Below, piece by piece: positions 25,292 to 34,773 of a DNA stretch of 34,773 nucleotides. Origin of the DNA: Basidiobolus ranarum (lineage: Eukaryota); assembly GCA_040143965.1 (NCBI GenBank), contig JASJQH010000065.1, positions 1-34,773 of the forward strand. The letters run 5' to 3'. The position numbers and the translations under genes are program-made. The notes beneath the pieces are model-generated. The model had not been told where the DNA came from and ran no database searches. It saw nothing but the letters and a program-made list of their open reading frames with translations. Within the stretch, counting starts at the first letter, position 1, and the number at the start of each line of letters is the position of its first letter.

Positions 25292-26693
25292 ATGAAGAGG
25301 AGAAACCAGCTACCTGCCTCATTACCTATTCAACAAAAGGTTGTTTTCCACAATGTGGACGGGAATGATTCCAATATTAACGGGTTAGAGTCAAGTCTCT
25401 CTCGTAGTAAAGCCAAGCAACCTAACCGAACCACCAAAACCTCTCAAAAACTGGCTATATTTCCGGAAGAAGAACAAGAGGCCGAATTATTGCCAGGTGA
25501 CTTGACTGAAGGTGATGAAGTTTACAACCAGATTGCTCAAATCCCTTCTGGTACCGCTCGCTTTGAAGCAGAGCAACTAAGTAAACTTCGTCGTAAACAG
25601 TTGCCCAGAGTATCCGCTCACTGTACCGCCACTTCTTATCGTATGGATAGCTTGATGAAGTACTTACAAACTTGTCGTAATAATCACTATACTGCTCCAA
25701 AACGTTTCGACGAAGTACTTTATACTCCATTTTCTTTTCACTCGGAAAAAATCAACCAAAGAAATAACATAGCTACTGGGGATTTATTACTCATGGAAAA
25801 CGGTGAACCCACACCCCAACAATCATTATTTGATACACCAGTCAGTGAAGAGTTAAATAATGTATTCTTACTTGGGGAGGTGTTTTTCTTTGATTACGGA
25901 GTTATTGTTATGTGGGGATTCAGTGAGGAAGAAGAGCAACAATTATTGAAGCAAGTAGCTCCATTTGAAGTGGAGAAGCTCGACAATGATGATGTGGAGG
26001 TGGAAGAACTTAACTTCCATTATAATCCTTCATGTCAACCGAGAATTTACAACGATATCATCACACTGAAGCACCCCAAGAATTACATGGTTAAACTCAC
26101 CATCTCTCACGCTATTGCCCAGTCAGTCAAAATGACACTATTTGAAGAGTTGGTGGATGAGACCATCAATGCTACCAAACATATCCCTCAAAACATGGCT
26201 CAAACCGGTAAAGTGAACATGTCTAGAACGGCCATCACCCAGAAGATTGGACTAGTAAGTTGACCACCTATATATGATGGTGAATTCCGTCTAAACATTT
26301 TTGATATTCTAGCTGTTCATCATGAGAATCAATGTAAACCTTGTCAGCAATATACTAGATACACCAGAGATATTCTGGTCTGAACCTGCTCAACAACCAC
26401 TCTACAATGTAATGAGAGGGTATTTGGAAATTTCCCAGAGAGCCGAACTATTGAATCAACGTGTTAGTGTGATCGGAGACCTTCTGGAGATGTTAAAAGA
26501 TCATCTGAATGGAACCCACGGAGAAAAATTAGAGTGGATTGTGATCCTTCTTATCGGTAAGTTTCCATCTAATCATGTTTGATAAACTAGTATCTGACAC
26601 TGTTTTTGTTTTTTAGCCTTTGAGATTGTCATTGGTCTCATTACTATAGGATTCGACATAGCAAACTACAGAGGTGGCGCACAAAAGGATTAA
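25292..26693 (+). CDS. RMD1: RMD1/Sif2 family (DUF155) protein, paralog B, 3 exons
   Basis: Same motifs as paralog A, plus EVYNQIAQI and HGEKLEWIVILLIAFEI. Exons 25292-26254, 26313-26556, 26617-26693. Confidence 0.92.
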
Positions 26694-27156
26694 ATAACAT
26701 TCTACACAATTAATTCGTTAAGATCTCTTCATTAAATATACTTTCAAAGCTATCGGTGACATTTTATGTCGTGAACAAGTGTTGTGGATATGTATGATGC
26801 ATTGAATTATCGTTAATCCAGTAGACTTCGGAACATGACGTTTATTTATTTTGTCGGGGTTTTCGGCCATATTAGCATCTGTATAATTTGGAACCAACCA
26901 ATATTGCTTCGACATACGTTTCCGGATATTATTATCTAACTGCTTCTTTTCCGAATGAGTGGGTAATGCATTTCTATTGCTGCACCAATGACCATATGAG
27001 AGGCGAAAGGAAGGGAAGGGTAAGAGTTTCTATCGCACAAGTGCCTTTTTATCCAGACGGTCTTGTTTGGCTTCAATAAAATACAGTTATCTAGGGGAGA
27101 TATTTACAAAAACATGAGCACTTGCAAAGTAATAGCTGGAGTTTCATTAAGTCATT

Positions 27157-30070
27157 CTAGTCCAAAACTATCACTTCCGGGCCAGCATTAGGATCAGAGC
27201 TTGATAGCGAGGAGATTTTGGGATGCTTTGATGCGTTTGAATTGGAATTGGTTTTCAATCTTGATGATCGCTCTATCTCCTCATCGCTTTCATCACTAAG
27301 TTCGATCACTTCGGAAATGGTCCTTTTGGGAGGTCTATCATTGTCAGTCAGTTCGGATATCGCGGGAGTAGATGTGCGAGATTTAATATCATCCTGAGGT
27401 AAAGGTGCAGTGCTTCCATCGCTATGTATCAGACAACGCTCTAAGTCCGGATAATCGTTGAGATAATTCTTGAATTTGATATCTATTATCATTTCCTAAA
27501 TGAGACCACGTTAGACTTGATTTTGTAGTATGCAAGAATCTAGCTACACTTACAGAAAATGGCAATTCTTGATTACAAACTGTACATTTCCATTTGATAT
27601 TGCCCTCGTTGCACGTGATATAATTCTAGTATATAATGAATGAATACCATATACTGATGCAAGTTTACCAGCTACAAAACATACCTGAGCATCAAAGCAC
27701 TGTGCATGCTTGCAGTTTTTTCCTTTGGAAGGATGTCTAATTTTTTTTAAACTAAGAGGGCAGATAAATGATATTATTTGATCACCCATCTCTATATCAT
27801 CATCTAAAAGGGAGGCAAAGATGAGTTCAATGGAATATAAAATGAGGGAATGGCCAGAATACATACCTTCGAGGGCGGATTTGGTTGTGGTTGGAGCTGT
27901 ATCTTTGAAGTTGGCTGCGAAATTCATCAGCGCCTTTTCGACATCATCGAGTTTGGTAGGGATAGTAATATGAAGTGGCTTCTTAGCGTGACGCTGAAGT
28001 TGCATGATGGTTTGGGAATAGACCTTAGCAGTAATCTATGATATTATGAAGCGATGTTAATCACGAGAAACAGTTATTAACAAGGCAGTAAAGTGATAAA
28101 ATACTTCGTCAATAGATTGATGCACTAAAGAGTGAATAGCCATAATATCTTGACGTGCACATTTCGTTGGAACACTGATGATTATTGTCAAATGTGAATC
28201 AGAGCGGTTAGCAAGAGCTTTCTCAACGAACGAAGTTATGTCAAAGTATTGTATTCCGGGCATTGTTTGTTTCTTACAAAAAGTCCACAATTAGCTCCAC
28301 CAAGTTAAATTCAGATATGAAATATGTAGACATACCTTGCTTAATACAACATAATTACCGTCGATCTTAAGCTGTATCGCTTGATTTAAAACACTTGCCT
28401 CCAGCATTTGCTTTGTATCAAGTGAAAAGATGGATATGTGTACTAGTCGGCGATTGCCAGATGAAGGTATTGACGTATCAAACAACGCAAGCGGAATCAT
28501 TGCCGTAAAACTATGGGAATAATAAGAAACTTTAGCTGGTAACACGACCTTATAAGGTATTTTCTGACACCAAAGTCTAGTGATAGACTTTAAGAACGGA
28601 ATAGGCTTATATTGCGCATTAAAGAGCTGCAACTCGTTATCTGTAGGAAGCTGCATATTCCTCGTATTCAATCCAGGTCTAAATTAAAACGATAGAGTTT
28701 AACAATGTATAAATATCAGTATACATCCAAGTAAAACGTGCGTACAAAGATGATTTATCCAAACCATAGCTAGGATTATGGTTTTGCTGTTGTGTATAGA
28801 TATCAGTATTCTTTCCAACATCATCTACACCTATTACAAATGAAATAATTTGAATAAGATGCTTTTTGCTGACATTCGGCGTGATAGCAGATAAGCTGTA
28901 GCGTTGGCGGAGGTAAATTGCAATGGTTTTTAGTTCGACCTCAGTCAAGTATTCCATGTTCTGGGGTGACTAATGGAGGAAGTGTTCATATTGAGGTTTT
29001 GAAAATCTTCGAAATTTTTACATTAACTTTACCTCAAGACATTTTTTTACGACTTGGCTACTCTTGGGTATCAAGCGAGTAAGGCGGAGGATATCATCAT
29101 CACCAAGAATAATTCTTTTGTTTTTTACGCTTGACTTCGAACTAGATTCTGAGGCGCGTATGGAGGAATTTGCTTTACTACCTTGTAAACTGTTCGTGTT
29201 CCGTTGAGTTTGTTGTGGCTGATAGCTTTGCGGAAATATAGGTTGGTTTAAAAACAATTGAGTGGTTGGTGCAAATCTTGCTGAACTATTGCTAGAAGCA
29301 TTATATAAAGGGTTGGGAGATGAAGTATTGATCTCTGAATTCCAAGGAGTGGTGTTTGCATATGAACTCGTAGAATAAGAATTTTTTTCGGCAAGGTAAG
29401 AGTTGAGTGATTGTTGTTGTTGCGCTTGTTGAGAAACAAAATATGAAGAGATTTTTGGTTGAACGGGATTAGTTGCCGAAGTAAAATTATTAGAGATTTG
29501 TGAAGAGAATTTTGGTTCACGGTTAGCTCGTGCTGTACTATCATATAATCCGATACTATTCTCTGAAGGAAATCCTCGATCTTGTGGTCTAGGATTATTC
29601 AATTGGTTTGAAGGTAGTTGCTGCTGATATGGAAGCTGACTGTAAAAGTAAGGATACATTGAGGTTTGAGTTCGTGAAGTTGGATAAGTTCTGGTTAGAT
29701 CAAAAAAAATATCAGTATCAGTTGGAATGTGGTGAGCTCAAATGAGAAATTTACAAGAAACTAACGCTATTGAGGAAGGAGTGGCAGGGATGGCCGCTCG
29801 TAATGGCTGTGAGCTTGAAATATACGAGCTAACTTCTGAGGTAGAAATACCTCGTTGAGGAGGTAGTTGGTTGTTGGTTGCTCTCTGTGGATTTAGTTGA
29901 AGATCTGACACAGATAAAGTTTCGGAATTGATCTCAGACGTTGCTGATTCACTGTTAAGATTGTCAGTTTTTTCTAATTCAGAAGGTAAGGGATTTATAG
30001 CGTCTGTAAAATTTCCATATTGCTTTGACAAATCGGACAAGATGCTTTGCAACTCATCAAGATTGCTCAT
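27157..30070 (-). CDS. SP-RING/MIZ zinc-finger protein, Siz/PIAS-like SUMO E3 ligase (multi-exon; internal junctions only partly resolved)
   Basis: DDDIEMGDQIISFICPLSLKKIRHPSKGKNCKHAQCFDA...WKCTVCNQ is an SP-RING signature. C-terminal SIM-like VIELSDESDEE and VIVLD. Q/S/N-rich N-terminus, probable ATG at 30070. Confidence 0.85.
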
Positions 30071-30718
30071 TGAAAGGCTGAGTAGGTGTAGAAGAAAAGA
30101 CAATATAAAAATGATTCGAATAATTAAACATCAACAATAATAGTTTCATAATGTTTAGGTCTAGGCCAAAAATAGAAAGATCTCATGGATAAGTCAATGA
30201 ATTTATTTTGAGACGCCTGTACGCGAGTTGATGACCAGTTCATTCTAGTCAACTGCTGACAACAGAACTTGGATCGCGTATGGCATATGCTAACTATATA
30301 TATCTACTAATACGATGTGGTAAATCATTGTTAGGGTGGCGTATCACATATCCTTGTTACATTAAATAGAAGAAGTGCTGGTTTGTAAGAAAGAATAAGA
30401 CGCAGTATAGTCTCGGGAGCACAAATGGCCTATTCAGAAAAAGCATTGATTATATGCTATATTTCTACTAGATAATGGCCGATGTTGGAAGCCATGGCCA
30501 TTTGTTGAAGGTTTCAATAATGCTACGTTTGATTAGCTAATATCCCAGATATGCACTGACACGGTCACTTATGCGCACTTCATACGGGTGAGTTAGTGAA
30601 AAGAAATGCGAAAAGAAATTCGGCGTTTCTAGCCCATTATGCCGAAGCTACAGATATGTGGAGCCTGAATACTTTAAATACGGATTGCTATCCTAGAAAT
30701 TTCATAACTAACACTACT

Positions 30719-32519
30719 ATGTCAATCAAAAGCAAGAAAGGTCAAGAAGCTATTTCGGGGACAGCAATTATGGAGGTCCAATTTGCCAAAGAGTGCCATA
30801 ATCTAAGCGAATCAAATAAAGGCTCTAAAAGCGTTGTGACTGAGATTCTGACCAAAGATATTGAGCGTTTTGGAAGTGACATATCCTTGGATGTGCCTTC
30901 AAATGCGATATACTCAGAATACTTTACAACCGAAGACGAGAAGAATTTGGTGAAGAAAATGGATTGGCGAGTTCTTCCTTATGCTGGATTGATTTACCTG
31001 TTCTTTGTGTTAGACCGTGGAAATGTTGGTAAGAGAATCTAATTGATTGTCCAAGGGCCAAGCACATCAAGTAAACTTATAAAATATAGGCTGCGCACGG
31101 TTAGCTGGAATCGAAACTGACCTACATCTGTCCCCGAGCCAGTACTCTATGTGCTTGTCAGTTTTTTATATTGGTAGGTCCAAGTTGTTACCTTCCCTTT
31201 CAGTTAATTTCTGAACAAGATCTATATGTAGGCTACGTTGTTTGCGAAATTCCATCAAATTTATTGCTGAAACGTTTCAGCCCTTCAAGATGGATTGCAA
31301 TGACTATGGTATCTTGGGGAATATGCACTCTGGTAACCGCTACTGTAAGAAATTTTCAAGGATTGGCCGTTGCACGCCTTTTTCTTGGCTTCACTGAGGC
31401 TGGGTAATACGATATCTAATATCTTGAAACAATGCCTTCACTAACTATCTTACAGATTATATCCGGGCCTTATATTCTACCTCACTTTCTGGTACACAAG
31501 AAACGAGCAGAGTTTAAGATTTGCTTTGTTCACTTCAATCAATAGCCTTGCAAACGCTTTTAGTGGAGTCCTTTCTTACGCAGTTATTCAATTAGCTGAA
31601 TATGCTGGTCTTTCCGCTTGGCAATGGATCTATATACTGGAGGGGGCACCTACGGTATTGATTGGGGTCACCACCTGGTTTTATATGTCGAACACACCTA
31701 CGGATGCTCCTTGGCTAAGTGAAAGAGAGAAGGCACTAGCTGATTATCGATTAAAAAAAGATTTTCGAGACAAACTGACCAGGACTTTTGATAAGAAACA
31801 ATTTGCTGATGCATTTAAAGATCCAATTGTCTTGCTATATATGTTGATCAGTTTTGCTCAAGTAGTGCCACTGGCTTCAATCTCCCTTCTTCTTCCAACA
31901 ATTCTTCGCGATGTGGGTTTTAGTAATACGAAAGCGTTGCTGCTGTCTTCACCCCCCTTTATTCTCGCGACCATTTTGAGTATTTCAATGTCTTATCTAT
32001 CCGATAAGCGTCACAAACGTTCTATTCATGTAATTTTACAACCATTAATCGGGGTAGCAGGCTTTACTATGCTCTTGTTTTTTAATAACCTTTGGATGCT
32101 ATATGCTGCTGCCTGTGTTGCCACACTAGGAGCTTTCTCGTATAGTGCTATTTCCATCAGCTGGCTTACTAACAATATATCTGGCTCAACTAAAACCGCC
32201 ACTGCAACTGCTCTGGCTACTGCTACTGGAAGCTTGGGAGGTATGTTGACTTGATAGTCGATCCCTTCTTTACTTTCGTTTCTCTCCATATTAACGATAT
32301 AGTTTTGTAGGAATAGTGGCCGGACAGCTCTACCGAGCCAGCGAAGCACCCCACTATATTTCTAGCCATCTAATTAATATATCTGCACTGTCACTAGTAA
32401 GCTTATGTGCTATTATCATGCGCTTGTATCTAATTCAAAAAAACAGCCAATCACCAAGAGAATCGAATCTGAAACAATCAGAGAAATCAGAGATGCTTAC
32501 ATTTCGGTATACCGTCTAA
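30719..32519 (+). CDS. MFS transporter, anion:cation symporter (Dal5/Tna1-like) family, 5 exons
   Basis: EKNLVKKMDWRVLP, LDRGNVGCARLAG, CEIPSNLLLKRF, RLFLGFTEAGLYPG, FWYTRNE, WQWIYILEGAPT, APWLSEREK, WLTNNISGSTK. In-frame GT-AG introns. Confidence 0.93.
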
Positions 32520-32889
32520 ATGTTAGCTCACTCTCAAACTTCTCATTGGAAGTCCTCCACCTGTTTGATATGCTTATTTGACAATCTAAATGGGATATGT
32601 AGAGAGTACCTTGGGCCAAAAATAATGGGCAAAATTAGATTCATACCAACATCTAGTCCGTCGCTAATGTTATTACTCCTAGTAATGCAAGTCAATAAAG
32701 TTAAGATATTCTTACAAGTTCCAAGGTTACACTAATAACATCCTATTTGATGCTATAAATTCTGGTGCATTTTCTATTTCTAAATTGGTGATACAAATTC
32801 CCCTAAAAAGTAATGTAAATCCAATTGACACTATCAAGGGTAATCTGTTTCAATCAACTTTAAGCATTGCACACTTATAAAGCAAATAC

Positions 32890-33010
32890 TGTTGAAATAA
32901 GCATAGCCTAAATATATATAAATAGCCTAGTATTTGGTTATTCCATATTACACTAAGATATCACCTACTATTCTGAAGAGAAATAACTTAGAATCCTTAT
33001 GAAATATGTG
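32890..33010 (+). mobile_element. 5' fragment of the same LTR family as 369-696
   Basis: Begins TGTTGAAATAAGCATAGCCTAAA, matching the reverse complement of the solo-LTR end (TGTTAAAATTAGCATTGCCTAAA). It also shares tagta...cactaagatat. Confidence 0.75.
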
Positions 33011-33489
33011 AGTTGAAATCCCAGAGAGAAATTAGCAAAAATTTCACCTGATCCTGATTTGTCATGGGGATCCCATCACAATTTGTCCTGAAAACTGATT
33101 TCCAACTACAAAAAATTGATTTGCATCTCACCTAATGTATTATTCTACTGGATTGTCAATCTATTATTTGCTAAAAATCTTTGCAATAACTCCTCACTTG
33201 TAATAGGATGATCTTCACAGTGCACAATTGAATTCTTTGATTTTGATTCATTATATTCTGACCAGATTTAGCTACTCTTCAGTATTATATAGAGTTCTGG
33301 TATGAAAAGAAATATATTCCTTGTTAGATTTTATTAGCAGCTCAAAAAGAATTACCATTTAATCAGTATATTCCTGTTGCAGTTTTTTTCCAGAGTGGAA
33401 AGATTCTTGTGTTGATATGTTATTGCTGATTTAATTTCTTTCAAAAGTTCTCTTCATCAGCTGTACTTGGTGTAAGTCTTGCCAGTTTC

Positions 33490-33610
33490 TGTTGCAATTA
33501 GCATTGTCTAAGCACCAATATAGTCATAAATAGCTTAGTAATTAGTTATCCTATGTTTCACTAAGATGTTACCTAATGTTGTAGATTGAAGTTTACTTAG
33601 AATGTTATTA
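33490..33610 (+). mobile_element. 5' fragment of the same LTR family as 369-696
   Basis: TGTTGCAATTAGCATTGTCTAAGCACCAATATAGTCATAAATAGCTTAGTAATTAGTTATC...CACTAAGAT aligns with the reverse complement of ~585-696. Confidence 0.85.
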
Positions 33611-33617
33611 CCAACTT

Positions 33618-34385
33618 GGCCTTAGTTTGAGTACAATAACCCAGAAATATGCAATTCTTACTTTTTGGATTAAATTTAGATCAATTTTTGATCATAATTT
33701 TGACATACACAATGCATCCAAAGATCCTCAAATGTTTTACATTTGGCTTAACTCCAAACCAAGCTTGATGTGATGTAGAATTAGACACACTTCTAGAAAT
33801 ACTCCTATTCTTCCTATATACAGCTATAGCACCAGATTCCATCCAAAAGTTATGAGATAAACTTTATGCATTTATCATAGATCTTGCCATTTCTATTATA
33901 GTCCTGTTAGCTCTTTTGGCAACTCCATTTTGTTGAGGTGAACAGGGGGCATTAGTTTCTTGTTTGATTACATGAACTTTGCAAAAGTGATTTAATAGAG
34001 ATGAAACATATTCTCCATCATTATCAGTACATATTTTTGCAAGTCTAGTTCCAGTTTCAGTCTTTACAAGTGTTTTAAAATCTCTAAGCATAGAGAGAGC
34101 TTCTTCTTTCCTTTCCATAAAGTAGACCTAAGTGTATCTTATATAATCATCAATAAATGCAATTAAATACATTTATCTGCCTAAAGACAAATTCTGCATA
34201 GGTCCACACAAATCTGAATAAATTAGATCCAGTTTTTGACAGGTTTAATTAAGCCTGGAATGTTTGCCTGGCTTGTTTTCCATTTATGCAACTCTCACAA
34301 ATTTCCATTTTGGTTGGGATATTAATTTGAATGCCTGAAATTAGGCAATTTTTGACCATTTTGCTCATATAGTTAAATCCAATGG
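33618..34385 (-). mobile_element. Degenerate Ty1/copia pol fragment (pre-integrase Zn region, integrase core, C-terminal region)
   Basis: CESCINGKQ, then a frameshift, LDLIYSDLCGPM, FIDDYIRYT*VYF, TDNDGEY, PQQNGVAKRANRTIIEMARSM, HLRIFGCIVYV, SKFNPKSKNCIFLGY. Several in-frame stops. Confidence 0.93.
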
Positions 34386-34773
34386 ACTTGTTCCATTGTG
34401 CTAGGATTTATCAGACCTTGGCTCAATATATTAGAATAACTGTGATTGAAATTGATCATGCTGGAGGGTGCTGGATAGTGCCAAATTGTCCTGTAAAAAT
34501 TCCAGAATACTGTATCCAATACAACATATACAGCACAATCCCCAACAAAAATAAAATCATTTTGATCAGGATTAGATCCACCCTTCTAGATTGCAAAACT
34601 GTCAGAGAACCATCACAATATTGGTGGCTTGCATTCTGCCAGGGATTTTTATGGTGAGGGTGGCTTCTTGATGGTATTTTGACAGCATTCATACATGGTT
34701 AAATATTGATCCTCTTAATTGGCATGCATTATTTAATTTCTGACATTTTTTGGAGGGCCTATCACAGAGCTGA

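Overview
Eukaryotic genomic DNA with many short GT-AG introns (mostly ~55-85 nt), most consistent with an early-diverging fungus (Zoopagomycota/Mucoromycota-like; taxon is inference). A ~31.5 kb gene island holds 13 protein-coding genes reconstructed by manual splicing: glycogen synthase, RBBP4/HAT2-type WD40 histone chaperone, UBE2G1/Ubc7-type E2, proteasome beta-5, an orphan secreted Arg/Pro-rich protein, a SAM + HMG-box + AT-hook protein, two intronless tandem amino-acid permeases closely resembling bacterial LysP, a cytosolic GcnA-like GH20 hexosaminidase, two tandem RMD1/DUF155 paralogs, an SP-RING (Siz/PIAS-like) SUMO ligase and a Dal5/Tna1-type MFS transporter. Both flanks are retrotransposon debris. 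The left flank has nested copies of one ~328-bp LTR, including a solo LTR with a perfect 5-bp TSD. The right flank has further fragments of that LTR and a dead Ty1/copia integrase. By manual reading both flanks have no CpG dinucleotides (1-906 and 32664-34773). Main leads: CpG-targeted erosion of repeats with sharp borders, probable bacterial origin of the lysP pair, the SAM-HMG-AT-hook architecture, and the orphan secreted protein. No tRNA, rRNA or CRISPR array was recognised.
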